Source of the DNA: Octopus sinensis
Taxonomy: Eukaryota
NCBI RefSeq assembly: GCF_006345805.1
Contig: NC_042998.1
Coordinates: 98,022,001-98,086,000 of the forward strand
Direction: 5' to 3'
DNA: 64,000 nucleotides
Below the pieces are notes generated by a model. The model ran no database searches. It was not told the origin of the DNA and saw only the letters and a program-made list of their open reading frames with translations. The position numbers and the translations under genes were made by a program. Within the stretch, counting starts at the first letter, position 1, and each line of letters opens with the position of its first letter. Shown in pieces: positions 1 through 14,032 of the stretch.

Positions 1-1059
1 ATGTGTACCTACGTATTTTTAACCTAGTGCTTACTATTGCTTGGCAATATCGCAATTGAATACTAGGTATGGGTGGGGTTAAATTGGAAATTTACCCAGG
101 ATTTATAAGACAAATAAGAAAATGGAGAGGATATAAAATCAACAAACATCAGCCTGTGAACATCCCATTATATCTATTTATTAAATGATAATAAACAAGT
201 GTTTAAGTGGTACAAGTAAACAAATGAGATCAGCCAATAAATATGTAAACAGATATATATATAGAGAGAGAGATGAATGAATGAATAATAATAATAATAG
301 AGGAATGTACAGATACAAATCACTTATGACCATTTCTACCATGAGGCCTCAGTCATCCTCATCATTCCAGTGATATACAGGGATGAACAAACATTGGACA
401 GAAATTGGGTAATAGTTGAGCCTCATGGCTTCTTCATAGAGTACAAATGTTAGGAAACTAACATGTGGGAAATTCAGTTAGAATAATAGAGTAAGGTAAA
501 TAGGATAAGATAGAGTAAAATAGGTAAAAATAAAAAAAATGATGTAATGTAATAGACATGGTAAGGAAAAGTAAGAACTTCATTCTAAGATGTTATTATA
601 ACCCATGGTATTCCATCCTGCGGTAAGTAAGAAAAGTCACTCTCAGGAGACATATCCATAGGCTGCGGTTTACATCAAGTTTCCATTATACTGAGGGAAA
701 TAATGAAGGTAGTATGCTATGTGGTGGGTCTAATGGTATGGTCCATACTACATGGGTCAGGGGTTAGAGGTTAGACATTAATAGATATAACAATATTAAA
801 GGAGTTGACCGTAATAACTTAAATTGAACCTGTTAGGGGAAAATTAATACATAAGTACATTAATGAAAGAAAAACTGGGTAAAACCTTAGTGCGATGTTA
901 ATATTTGCAACTTATTGGCCAAAAACTAATCCCAATACTCCTATGCATAGTACTTATACCACTTAAACACATGTTTGTTATCATTTAATAAATAGATATA
1001 ATGGTATGTTTACTGGCTGATGTTTGTCGATTTTATATCCTCTCCATTTTCTTATTTGC

Positions 1060-1145
1060 CTTATATATACACACACACAAACATACACACATGTACATGC
1101 ATACATATACACATATACTCACGTACATGCACACATATACATAAA

Positions 1146-1212
<67 letters not shown>
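1060..1212. repeat. (CA)n microsatellite with degenerate (CA/TA) flank
   Basis: Direct reading; pure (CA)n about 1153-1212. Confidence 0.95.
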
Positions 1213-1215
<3 letters not shown>

Positions 1216-1699
1216 AGTATAAACAAATTCCATGACTATATAGCTTATGTTAAGTGAATGTAGTTCTATTTGTATGATCAACAGATTCAAAGACAGGCAG
1301 ACAAACAGACTTTGTATGTGACACAACACAAAGAAATTATTCACACAAAGATTTACATGAACGTTTAAAGATTCTTTTTTTCTTTCCATATCTCTGTCTT
1401 TCGAAGTTCATTTGCGTTTTTCTCCTTTTCATTTTGCATTATATTTTAAAATTAAAAAATATAAACTAATTGAGAAAAGTCAAAATACTATTTACTCCAA
1501 AAGCTGAGCAACAGTAATATTTCTGGTAGGGGAGACAACTCTGTATAGGTGTGTATGTGGTGTTTGAAATATTAAAAAAAAGATTTTAAAATAAATGGTT
1601 TAACGTTACTATTTACACGCTTGCATTCAAAATCATGAATTAACAAACAAGACATTAATCCACTCTCCCACACTGAATCACACATTACATTCAAATCAA

Positions 1700-1704
<5 letters not shown>

Positions 1705-1740
<36 letters not shown>

Positions 1741-1772
1741 GAGGCACACACACACACACACACACACACACA
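1705..1772. repeat. Compound (TA)n/(CA)n microsatellite
   Basis: Direct reading. Confidence 0.95.
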
Positions 1773-2209
1773 TGCAATAAACATAAATAAAGATACAAAT
1801 CATCATCATCATCATTTAATGTCTGTTTTCCATGCTGGTATGGATCAAACATATGAGAAACACATTTACACACATATCCACACAGAGATAAATATAAATA
1901 GATGTTTTAAGAAGCTGGAAGCAGAAATGGATGACACCCAAATCTAAATTCAATCGATTTGTGGCACAATTAAAATATTGAAAACTTTTCAAAATTTCAG
2001 CATTTAACTGAAGTTGTTGCATGAGCAACAAAAGTTATGTCACTTAGTTAAAGTTCAATTATTTTGTTGACTGAATAAAAGTTGTACATACACTCAACAT
2101 CCATATGCACACACTTATATTTGATTCCACACGATTTTCACAAATTCACCTTCAAAATATCAGTTTCAATTTACATAAAAATCTTAACTATAATACAATT
2201 TAATGTTTA

Positions 2210-2248
2210 TGTATGTGTGTGTATATATACACACATATATATGCATAT

Positions 2249-2283
<35 letters not shown>

Positions 2284-2298
2284 CACACACATAGATGC

Positions 2299-2329
<31 letters not shown>

Positions 2330-2334
2330 GATGC

Positions 2335-2372
<38 letters not shown>

Positions 2373-2610
2373 ATATATATATACACACACAGATGCATAT
2401 ATATATACACACACACACACAGATGCATATATGTACATTATATAGATATATACACAGATGCATATATACATTATATATATAAACATAGATGCATATGTAT
2501 ATATAGACAGATGCACATAAATACATATATACACACATGAATACATACAAGCATGTGTGTGTCTGTGCCATTATAGACAGATAGATGAGTACATATATAC
2601 ACAGACAAGT

Positions 2611-2650
<40 letters not shown>
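2210..2650. repeat. Compound minisatellite of (CA)n-GATGCA-(TA)n units followed by (GT)n
   Basis: About 8 recurrences of AGATGCAT/AGATGCAC between 2290 and 2520, each embedded in variable CA/TA runs; (GT)n at 2612-2650. Confidence 0.9.
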
Positions 2651-2652
<2 letters not shown>

Positions 2653-2802
2653 ATGTGTGAATGAAAGAAAACTAAAAAGAATAAAGCAAATGATATGCAA
2701 ATTTAAGATTAGAAAAAATATATTTCCAAATTTTCATTCATTTTGATAAAAAGCTTCCTTGGAATGCAAACCGATTCTGCACAATATAGTAACTGATTGC
2801 TT

Positions 2803-2808
2803 TTTATT
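2803..2808 (-). promoter_or_regulatory. Candidate polyadenylation signal of FAM102A (implied 3' UTR about 1.65 kb)
   Basis: First canonical AATAAA found on the minus strand downstream of the stop codon; no transcript evidence. Confidence 0.35.
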
Positions 2809-4442
2809 AAAATAAAACATTTTTTTTTCTGTAAATCACAGGTTAGGAGGCTATTGTTGTTCTAACATATGATTTCGAGACGAGATATTTAAATTTGAGG
2901 AAAAAAAAGATAAAATAATTTTTTTTTTTTAAACTCAGAATTGATAAGTTCAATTACTACCACAAGATTAATCCAACAGCAGTGATGATACACAGCATGT
3001 AAGAAAACTGGTATGGAGTAAATGTCTTTAAATACCTCAGTCTAGTACTTCTAATATCTACAGCTACTGTACCAAAATAAAAATTTTTTTCAAGTTTAAA
3101 AAATAAAAAGGAAAAAAAATAATGGAAAAACAGATCTTATGACAAGACCTTCATTATAGGCATAGATATGCCTCAAAACATTTGTCTGTTTCCACAGTAT
3201 CCCTTAAATAATATCAAATAAGTAATGGGGTTTATAAAGAAAAATGTTAAAAAAGATTTTTAAAAAAAATATATACACAATTGTAAATAAATCAGTATAC
3301 TCTTTTTTTCTTCTTGCATATTGATTTTTTTTTCTTTATCAAGTATTCTATTGAAAGGAAATTTTATAATAAAAGTACCAATGCATTTCATAAGATTGGA
3401 GGTAGAGTTATGACAAAGATAATATGAAAGAGAGAAAAGCAGATAACAGACTTCCCATGGGAATGGCTTGCATGTAAGATTTCGCTGAAATGGGATTGAG
3501 CAGCTAACCATTCAGAATGTGATGGTAGGTGATATGAAGAAAAAGAAGTATAGGCACTATAACATCTAAAGTTGAGAGTTATTCTATATCAAAAAATAAA
3601 AGGTGGAGTGATATTTCAGCAATCTAATAAGACATACAGCTTTAAATCACTGTAAGGTGTGATGTATGATGTGTGTGTGTGTGTATGTGTGTGTGCACAA
3701 GCACACGCATGTAGTTGGATTGAGAGATGGCTAGAGGTGAATATAAAAATGAAGAGATTTAGACAAAGATTAATAGGGATAGATTAACTGATAGATGAAC
3801 AGATAGATAGCTGAATAGGATAAGTAGATGAACAGGCAGAAAGATAGAGAGTGATGGGGAATATATAATGAGAGAGAAATATAACTACAGAGCAGAATAT
3901 ATAGATACTGAGGGTGATAGGGAGATATATGGAAAGGGAGTGAAAGGAAAAGACTGATCAGGCTAGAGAGAAAAAGATAGCATGGACAGAAAAAGACAGT
4001 AAGAAACAGATAGACATGAGACAGAAAGAGGAGGGAAGAGATAGAGAAGTAGACCGAACTTAAATTTTCATAGTCTATGTTTACTTTCCAGAGGAGCCAT
4101 GGGAAATCTAGTTAAAGTTGTCTCTACAAAGGGATTATTTTTAACTTTCTACCACATTTATCTGTGTTTGAAATTTTACAGACAAAAAAAAAATTTGCAT
4201 TGGAAACAAATTGATAGATAGACTGACAGGCAAAGTCTAAAGGTAGGACAATAGTTCAGAAGTTTTGAAGAACAGAAAGGTTTTCTCCACATGACCAGCA
4301 TTGTGGTGATAGGTTTAAATATCAAAAGACAACCAGGAAGCAACTGCTGCAGAAATCCCAATATTCCCACCAAAAGAGACCCATTTACAAATCCCCAAGA
4401 AGGCAATTGGATCGTATCGATGCAAAATCACCATCATCATTT

Positions 4443-4495
4443 TCAACGCAAGGCAGTCTTTCCATCTGTATCAATAAACAATTGAAGCCCAGATC
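4443..4495 (-). CDS. FAM102A: FAM102A/EEIG1 terminal coding exon with stop codon
   Basis: Acceptor TCTCTCTTTTCAG, phase 1. Encodes (R)SGLQLFIDTDGKTALR-stop (TGA at 4445-4443), matching the family C-terminal motif L.LF...DG...L. Confidence 0.88.
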
Positions 4496-4860
4496 CTGAA
4501 AAGAGAGAAACATTAGATATTAGCATAGGTTCAATAGCAGTTGATGGAAAAGATATTGATATAAAATTTAACCAATGTTTTAAACTATGAATATATAGTG
4601 TGAATTAAGCTTCATATTTCCCCATGAAAACTTTACCAAATATAATAAGCTTGTCGTTGCTATGTAGTCCAAGGCTGTGTCAACAAGAAGACCTGCAACA
4701 TGAAGTTAATCATACCACACATTCAGAGCACCAGATGTATCATACTTTCATCTGGTTGAGGACTACACTGCACATGTTAACATGTAGTGGCAGTGCAATG
4801 TTGCAGTCTAGAAAAGAGGTTATTGTCCCACTGTCCAGTCTAATTCTGTACAACTCTCCT

Positions 4861-5520
4861 GCTATTTAGCCACAGGTCAATTTTGATGCAGGTGACTTAT
4901 GATGAAAAGAATTCCAGCTGTCATCATTATGTCTTCTTTAGAAGAGTCTATAGCTTTAATATCTAATATGGCCTTTCTTCTTTTAATATGGTGTGATTTG
5001 AAAATATTTAGTAAATATTTCTAGTATGCTGAGTAAATACATAGAGGTTTCCCTGTATGTAGAATCTCAGGGTAGTGTTTGGAGTTAAGAGCTCTGATGA
5101 TATGACATCTCTGTGTGTGTATGTGAGAGATACACTGTGTGTAAGTAAGATGGTGAATTGATAGAGTTGTCAGAGCATTAGTCAGAAGTCCTCATAGTAT
5201 TGGTTCCAGCTCTCCATGCTTAAATCCTATCAAGATGAATTTCATCCTTTCAAAGTAGGTAATGATAAAGTATTAGCACGCCAATGGTAATGCCAAGCAA
5301 CAACAACCCAAGTTGGTGACTTTTCCTTTGGGTGAGTGTCAGAAATGTGCAGAGGGGAGACTGGCATGCATGGTCAACTGCTAGTCTTTCCCCCAACAAA
5401 ATCTCACACAGGCCTGCACAAGCTTGCGTATGTACAAACTTGACTGGCAGAGGACCCCATGTGCTAGAATGACATGAGTATCGAAGATCATTAAATATGA
5501 GGTAGTTTTCAAGTGTAGAA
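4861..5520 (-). mobile_element. Degenerate SINE/LINE-tail repeat
   Basis: Recognised only by resemblance to a common octopus repeat tail; a related copy in opposite orientation lies at about 8300-8475 (AGAAATAGCA.CCAAAT...GGGGCTAAACAAC). Boundaries approximate. Confidence 0.4.
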
Positions 5521-6675
5521 ACAAAAACTGTAGCCACTTTTAAGAATAGCTTAACATACTGAAGGTTTAATATATTATGAAACTACCTCATTACATTCTC
5601 AAGGATCAGGTGAAATACTCTCACAAAGATCATCACTTTTTAACGTCTGCTTTCTACACCAGTATAGGTCGTACTCGATTATTCATTTTTAAAAACGTTT
5701 TCGATGAAGGAATTTTAGTATACTAGGGGAGTCAAATCTCAAACTGCTCTAATATTTGGGTAGATATTACAAATTAAATATGTTCTTTCCCTTTTTTTCT
5801 TGAGCACATTCAGCATAGAAAACCTATTTCCACAATTCCAGATTGCTTAGAAGAAAAAAAATCAAAAGAAAAAAAAATCAAAAAACTATTTTATGCATGC
5901 TTCACCAAAATTCTAGAAGACTTCAAGAAAATTTGATTATTGTCTGTGGGATAGTTTCAAATTCAATGTAAACTCAAGGCTTATTACTGAATTTGCTTTA
6001 GTTTGTTTTAATTTCCATCTGTTTAATTGAAAGAGGAGCAGTTGCAACTATGACCTTTGCAAACCCTTCAAGGCAAATGAAATAGATGCTTAAAGATCCA
6101 TAGACTGATGACTATAAAAAATATTGAAGCAGTGGCTATAAAACTCCAGGGAAATTTTGCAGTGGGAAAGAAAGACTGGGAAAAGCTATTTATGGTAGAG
6201 TTTAAGGAATACAATACAGAAGAGAATGAGAAGAAGCTGCAACAAGTGATTAGACATGTGAAGTCCTCATTTATATAGCAGTTCATATTTATTTGTATTC
6301 CCCTTCATATAAACAATGTTTTCTTTTCTTTTTTAAATCCTTAAATCCTTAAAAATATTTTAGCCCGAAGGTCGTGACCATGCTGGGGCACCACCGTTCG
6401 TATTTTATGAAAAAATCTACAAAATGTTCACTATAAATTTATATAAGTGAATTTCAGATTATTTCAGTATTTTCTTGAGCCCACAGTTTAGCATTAATGG
6501 AGTATCCTATATGCTTGTACATCAAGTTAAATGTTCATATATTTAAAATACTGTACAATTAGAGATTAACCAATGATATAATTTCCTATGGCACAGCACT
6601 TGCTGACAGAACATTAATCAGAGAGTAAAACCCATTCATTTATTTTCTCATTGTCTTTCACATAAATGATTTCTT

Positions 6676-7048
6676 AGCTGCGTGGTTAAGAAGTTTGCTT
6701 TGCAACCATTCATTTTCAGTTTCAGTCTCGCAGTATGGCATCTTGGACAAGTGTCTTCTACTATAGTCCCATGCCAAACAATATCTTGCGAGTGAATTTA
6801 GTCAATGAACTGTGTGGAAGCTCACTGTGTGTGTGTGTCTTTGTGTTTGTCCCTGCCCCACGGCTTGACAACCAGTGTTGGTTTGTTTATGCCCCTGTAA
6901 CTTAGTGGTTTCGCAAAAAACACTAATAGAACATGTACCATGCTAAAAAAAGGGACAGGGGTCTAATTGTTCAACTAAACACTTCAAGGCAATACCCCAG
7001 CATGGTCACAGTCCATAGACTGAAGCAAGCAAAAGATAAAAGGTAAAA
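6676..7048 (+). mobile_element. tRNA-derived SINE (octopus OK/OR-like family), degenerate
   Basis: Colinear with the well-preserved copy at 26966-27412: head GTGGTTAAGAAG, CTTGGACAAGTGTCTTCTACTATAG, tail CCAGCATGGTCACAG...AAAAGATAAAAG. Confidence 0.8.
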
Positions 7049-7546
7049 TAAGTATCACCTCCAACCATATATACACTTACATGTGTAACACCATGCTGTT
7101 CTACTGGCTCTTTTTCTTTTTTTTTAATACAAACAGTCTAGACAGTATAATTACCCACTGTAAATCTCTACACATGGTAACTCAGTCATTTTCTAAGTTT
7201 AATTGAAATAAGCTGAAACACTACACAGTTCCAAATCAGACAACTATCCATCTATTTACAGACTAACATTGCAAGTACTCTTACCCCATACATTTGCAAA
7301 CCAAATTATCTAATGATATCCTATGAAAAAAAACAAATGTGCAACATGTAAAAGATTATGGAATACAATTATATATTCAAAATAGTGTATCCTCAATATT
7401 TATCCACAAATATAATTATAATTAACAAAAAGTTGTGATATACTTATTAGCACAATTCATGCCGAAGACAATTATTGAAATGCATCTTTCTTCTACATCT
7501 ACTGATCTAATAACCTCTGATCCTAACATCTCCACATCATATGTTT

Positions 7547-7880
7547 TTTACCTTCTACTTGTTTCAGTTATTGAAGTGTGGTCATGCTGGAGCACCACCT
7601 TGAAGGGTTCAGTCAAACAAATCAACTCCAGAACTTATTTTTTTAAAGTTTGGTACTTTTTGCCCAACCACAAATCTAAGGCAATGTACACAAACACCAG
7701 TTATCAAACAGTGGAAGTAGAGGCAGAGACACTGACACATTACACACACAAACACACACAAGGGATTGATCAACCTGAGACTGTAGTAGAAGACATTTGC
7801 CCAAGGTGTTGTGTAGTGGAACTAAACCCAAAACCACATGGTTGCAAAAGAAGCTTCTGAACAACATAGCCATACCTGCA
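7547..7880 (-). mobile_element. tRNA-derived SINE, same family, degenerate
   Basis: Reverse complement has head GGTATGGCTATG...GCAACCATGTGGTTTTGGGTTTAG, CTTGGGCAAATGTCTTCTACTACAG, and tail GGTGCTCCAGCATGACCAC...ACTGAAACAAGTAG. Confidence 0.8.
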
Positions 7881-8606
7881 TCTATACTACAAAAATTTTA
7901 TAGAAATCATTATAAAACATTTTCTCCCCAAGCAGCGTAATACAGGAACTCCTTTTCTCTTCATAGGGTCTCTTCGGTTATTAACATACAAGACTCCATA
8001 ATTACATAGTAACACCTCTAATCTAACACAGTCATCCAAATTTTCAAACTTAAGAGATACAAAATCTTTAAGCTTCCTTGTTATTTATAAAAATACTTCA
8101 GTTTATTTATCACGAGTTAAATTTTCAAATATTTCTGCAAAATATTCTTCTATAGTAACACAATCATCATCTTAATCCTCTCTCTGAAATTAGGAACACA
8201 GTCGACAGCAAAGTACAAGATTTGTTTGTATTGACCACCAACTGATGTAACACAGTTTAAGAGTTTTGATTCATATCCACCGTATTTGATAAAAACCATA
8301 GCTGCTTAACATACAAGAAATAGCATCCAAATATTCCTCACATTATATTCTACCTTCTTAAAAATATTTAATCATATTAGACAATATAATCGGATACACA
8401 AAATGAAAGAATGATCCTGGCTGAAACACCTTTGATCAGGTCCATTCCATCAGAACTGACAGGGGCTAAACAACTAGTTCTCAATTCCAAGAAAAAGCAA
8501 AAAGAACATATGTATAAATAAAGAAATGTAAATCTCATTCATCAAATATATGTAGAAAACACATGGTATATAAATTGTTTTAATAGTTAGAAAAACTATA
8601 TCTTAC

Positions 8607-8718
8607 GTTCTTCACTGTCATCAAGGCGTAGATCTGTTCCTTTTATAAGTTCTTCTACAAGGTCTTCAGCATCAACTCTTGTTGAATCTACTCGACGTTC
8701 AATTGGGTCTTCAAGTTT
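8607..8718 (-). CDS. FAM102A: FAM102A/EEIG1 penultimate coding exon
   Basis: Acceptor TTTAG, donor GTAAGA; 112 nt, phase 0 to 1. Encodes KLEDPIERRVDSTRVDAEDLVEELIKGTDLRLDDSEE, matching the family motif VD.TR.DA..lVE.l. Confidence 0.9.
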
Positions 8719-10095
8719 CTAAACAAAAAGAAAAAAAACATTTTTATGAATTTAATAAATTCTCATACAATATATTTGAATGATAACAATTACTGTTTTA
8801 TCAACCTGCATTTTGTTTACTTAATAATAATTAAACTTACCAAATTCCCCTCAAAATATGTACTTAACAATTACTGCTAATAAACTACCCGATTTCTAAC
8901 ACAAAAAGTATTTGAAAAGCTATGATTTATCATGGTTTAAGATTTATTTTATGCTGACCTAGGTTAAAGAGTTGCTTCCATACTTTCTAAATCACAGAGC
9001 AAACATCGTCTGTATAGCTAAAAGCTTAATTTAGAACATATAGGACATACATTGTAACATACCGTTTAATATGCAATCAAATAAAATAGGATTTTGTTTT
9101 ATTTTTCACAGACCAGTATCAATAATAAAACAATTACAAAATGCATCCATAAAAAGACCATCCTCTTTATCACACTTTAGAAAGACTCGACAAAATTACA
9201 CGATGATTAAAATAGTACTCAACAGTATCAACATTTCTGATCCAGAAAGTTAAGATTAAGAGAAAGGAAAGGAAAAAGATGATCGAAACGAAACGTCAAA
9301 ATTTTCAAAACTGCATAAAATTATCTCCCTTATATTTAGTAGCTTTAGAGTTATTCCCCTTTAACAATATATTTTTAAAATTTGTATGCAGTAAATAGTC
9401 CAACTATAAAGCGATCTAAAATAATGTTTTAAAATTACAAAATTGTTAGAATAAAATGTTAAAATATATACAGATATACGCTCCATATGTGAATATACAT
9501 ACTGATCAAAGAGAAATGCATTTACAAAGATTTAATGTGCAACAAAAGAATTGTTTCTGATTGTCACCAAAGACTAGCAATTTTGAAAGGAGGAGGTTAG
9601 TCAAATACCATTAACATCAGCATTTGACTGGTAAATGCAACAGTTATGTATCTCATCTTCTGAAATGAATTATCACAATAATTAGATTATGTCTCATCTT
9701 TTGCATTTCTATTCATACAACACATCGATCTAATCATCATAGAACTTATTCCTGAATTTGACATTCTCTCAGATTGAAGTTGAATTTGGAGCAGCTTGTT
9801 TATACATTTCCTCTTTTCTACATAAAAATGTCTGACGTCAGGGTAACTTCTTCACAGACACCTAAATATTACAAAGACCAAAACAGTTGTTTCCATCTAA
9901 ACTATATATTGATTATAGAAATAATTGTTATTCCATTCAATTACATTGCTTTGGTAAATATTTATAATTATTTCAACCCAACTCTCAAATAGATGTTTCA
10001 TTTATAGGCTTGTTTCTATAAAGGATTTTACACATATGAAAATCAAAAGAATATATTCATAAAATATGCTCACATAAATATTTCCAGATACTTAC

Positions 10096-10150
10096 ACGTC
10101 TTCTTTCTATTTTTCCAGAATCATTCAAAGCAGATCCTGCACTCGGACTT
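10096..10150 (-). CDS. FAM102A: FAM102A/EEIG1 short internal exon
   Basis: Pyrimidine-rich acceptor ending TTCAG, donor GTAAGT; 55 nt, phase 2 to 0. Encodes (R)SPSAGSALNDSGKIERRR and joins the flanking exons in frame. Confidence 0.8.
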
Positions 10151-10496
10151 CTGAATAATAAAGAAAATGAAGAATGAATGCATGTGTACGTATGTGTGAG
10201 AGTGCATTTATACATACAAACATATGCATGCATACACACACCATTCTATATAACACAGCTCAATGATACACTCCTCAAAGAAAACTAGAATATACTTCAT
10301 AAGTGTGTATATAAATGTGTACTTTTATAAGCGTGTACTGTATAAGTGTGCATATTTGCTTATATCAAAATCAATGCAATAGATATTAACAATACTCAGC
10401 AATTATTCTGTATATATAATACACATAATACATATGTATTGTGTGTGTATTATATATAACATAGAACATGTATATTTCAAATGCAGTGTGTGTGTG

Positions 10497-10699
10497 TACA
10501 GTAACCCATTGCCAAACTAAGGTTCACCTATTGCGATTTATTATTTAAACTTCTGGTGTTGCTTTGCATTTATAATAAAATATATACAAATTATAAAAAT
10601 AATGTAAAAAATATACAGTACTGTTTCTACTTCATCAATTTTCACCTATTGCAGGGAGTTTGGGAACTTAACATCCACAATAGTCAAGGGATTACTGTA
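10497..10699. mobile_element. Tigger/pogo-type MITE (about 200 bp)
   Basis: Left end TACAGTAACCCATTG versus reverse complement of right end TACAGTAATCCCTTG; TA at both ends; internal TTCACCTATTGC repeated near both ends. Confidence 0.7.
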
Positions 10700-11455
10700 T
10701 CATCACCATCATTTAACGTGTGTGTGTGTGTGCGTGTGCGTGTGTGTGTGCGTGTGCGTGTGTCTCATTGTATGATAGCTGTAAATGAGTGGCAGTGTCA
10801 TTCACTTCCAATGTTCTGCGAAAACATGCCTGGTTGTGGGCAAGTATTAGCTTACTTGGAAAAAGTTGAGAGCTGGCAATAGGAAAGGCATCCAGTCATA
10901 GAAAAAAATCTGCCTCAATAAACTCTGCCTCACCAATGTGAGCAAGGAGAAGTGGACAAAGTAATGATGATGATAATGATGCATATATGAATGTATGTAG
11001 ACACTTGAATGCAAAAACTTCAGTGGAAAGAAGATAAAAACAGAGTACTCAATACTGGAGGTAGATGACAAAATATATGATATACATTAAACTCAAAGTT
11101 CAAATTTCTTTTCATCTCTTGTTGTCAAACAAAATCTGAACTAGAAACTATTTCAAAGAATTTTCAGACAAAAATAAAGAAAAGGATTTGATTGGATCCC
11201 TGTGTGATGATAAACTTGAATTCAAAAACATTATTTGACTCTGTGTTTTATAAATATAAAGCAAAAAAGAAAATATTTGAATGAGTGAATATAAAACTAA
11301 ATCTAAGGCCATTCATAGTATACTGTAATAAAAAAAAAAAACATAGGTTAGGGTAAAGTAAGAAGGAAGAAAAAAGAATGCAGCTAAAACCTATAACAAA
11401 AAAAGAGAAAGCAGCTAAAGGAGATATAGAGAGCAGATATCATTGTTACTTAGAA

Positions 11456-11643
11456 TCATCATCATCATCGTTTAACGTCCGCTTTCCATGCTAGCATGGG
11501 TTGGACGGTTCAACTGGGGTCTGGGGAGCCCGAAGGCTGCACCAGGCCAGTCAGATCTGGCAGTGTTTCTACAGCTGGATGCCCTTCCTAACGCCAACCA
11601 CTCCAAGAGTGTAGGGGTGATTTTATGTGCCACCGACACAGGT
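11456..11643 (-). mobile_element. RTE-tail SINE / RTE 3' end fragment
   Basis: (CAT)n-CGTTTAACGTCCGCTTTCCATGCTAGCATGGGTTGGACGG is the reverse complement of the tail carried by the RT-coding RTE copies at 33531 and 36001. Confidence 0.8.
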
Positions 11644-14032
11644 AGCCTAATAGATAACAAAAAAATAGTTAAAGAGAAGACAAAGTTGAAATTGAAAACT
11701 GTCAAAAATTTCTAATTCTGAATTTCTTGGTTGTGCATCAGACATGTTATATAGAAAGTTTTCCAAATTATGCGAACAAGTGCTCAGGATGTCAGTTCTT
11801 GAGTTCAACTAATAATGAAACTCTCAACTAATATTGAAATCTTTTTGTTTAAATGTAAATGACAACCCAATTTCTTTGTACTGTTATGCTTGAAAGCAAA
11901 TGTAAAAGCAAGGATATATCATTTTATCTTAAAGGAGACAATGACTCAATCTTCTGGAAGTGAATATCCTGTTTTTGGTCAACAACAAAATCTTGTGCAA
12001 GTAAAATCTCATCTTAAATTCATTTTCTGATGATCCTATGTAAGATTTTGGCTGTAAATCATTTTTTTTTTCTTTTTCAACCAATTCCACCTTTATACAA
12101 AATATATTAAGGAAATAGCAAGTTTGTTTCCATTACATGAGTTGTTACCCAAGTTCTTGAAATTATGCCTTCACTCAGTTACAGTATTACTATTAGGTGA
12201 CATATTTTCTTTTAATTGAATAAACTACAAAACTTTTTGTAAACTTCAACTGGATTTCTTTCAATACCCCAAAAGTAGTATTATACCACAGGATATCTGT
12301 GACAATTATAGGCCTGTTTTATATTCTATCCGAAAATATACCTAGAAATATTTATCTTTATTCATGCACCCAGTTGGATGTTTCCTCTTTGTTTTCAATT
12401 TCTTTGTTTTTTTTTAATAGTTCAAGTTTTGTTAGACAATCAGAGATGCAGAACTCAGAATTACAAAATTTGAAGTTTTCAGAATTATGTTATATAGAAT
12501 ACATACAAATATAACACACACACAATGGAAACCATTTATTGTAACCACTTCAATCCTAATAAGTGAGTAATTTTGAATTCATTTTAGATAAAGAATTTTG
12601 GACCATTTATTTTTAATAAATATAATCATTTGATAACATTATCCTCTGTAAATGCAAGGAGTTGTTCTAGAAATTTGCATTTAACAGTGTTGCTGTGATA
12701 GTGGGGACTATATTAATGGTGATAGTAGTTGTGATAGCAGTAAAGACAAAAGTGCATATGGTGAGATTTGTACCCTCAGGACAGGCTTGTGAATGAAGAC
12801 ATTATAAAAAGATATAACAATGTATATATAACACAATTTCATATACATTACATTTTCAGCAAATTTACTATTGCCTCAGATTTTGTTTTTATTTTTCTTT
12901 ATTGGTCAATAACTTTTTAAAATCAATTTGGTAAAAAGTTTTTTTTTTTTTGTATTTGGTTGGTGACCATGTGGAGACAACATTGGATCAAGAGAATCCT
13001 TTAGTCTTGTTGAAGGGCTGGTATCACAATAACCTGCACCTAATACTCTCTGTAAAATGGTAGGAAATAAGGGAATCCAGCTGCAGGAACTGAACCATAG
13101 AGAAATGTATAAGTAAGACATATTTTTTGGGTCTATCTGAAAGGGAAGTAACTGAATAACAATGGATTTGAACCCTGACAACCTGTAGTCTAGTTCATGC
13201 CAGTATGGAAAGTGGATGCCAAATGGTGATGATAATTCCCTGTCAAATACCAAAACCTTGGAATTTTATTAACACTTGTTCAGTTAAGCATGGATTATTT
13301 TCCATTAACCCTCAAGCGTTTATTATTTTGAATATCAGAGACATCAGAACTGCAAGAAAACTATTTTTCAACAAAAGTTTTTAAAGATATTTTCTCATAT
13401 AACATGATTAAGGAAGATGGAAATTTTGTAATGGTTCTACTAGTTATTAAAATAAAATCATTTCATATATTTTCTGAAATCATTAATAGTATACAGTCTC
13501 AATGTAATTTCAAATACAAACAAAATATATTCAAGGACAAAAATTTACATTACGATTTTCATAAATGTACACATTTAAAAAAATGGAAAGCAGTACCGCA
13601 GACCAAATCCACTAACCCATTCCAATTTAATATGTCCCCCACTCCACCCCTCCAGATTCTAAAGCTCTGATATTCAAAATATAAACACCCACACTTGAAA
13701 GCATAAGTGCCAAATTAACAGATATTTTAACTGAAAAATATGACCCACAATATGTTAACATAATATTGTATATGTGTATTCTTAATCATGTGCAGCCATG
13801 TTGTGTCATGGGGAAATATTACACTGCTTACAGACAGGTGAGAGTTGGTGACAGAAAGAGCATCCAATCTGCATCAAGAAACTGACCCATGGAAATGTGG
13901 ATGTTAAAAATGGCAATTATGATGTGGCTTCAATGTTGGATTTATGTATATTTTATAGTGAAGATGAAAACATCATGCATCGTATTGTAGAAAAATACTA
14001 TGAAAATATTAGCTTGAAGCAATTATTTGATT

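Noticed and set aside
325-445. Short inverted repeat CCATGAGGCCTCA / TGAGCCTCATGG with hammerhead-like fragments on the minus strand
   Set aside because: Neither fragment has an intact CUGANGA plus GAAA with paired stems; too degenerate to call.
1020-2700. Many 60-166 aa ORFs rich in HT/CV/YI repeats (also at 23228-23513, 45558-45871 and 47025-47315)
   Set aside because: They are translations of (CA)n, (GT)n and (TA)n microsatellites, not genes.
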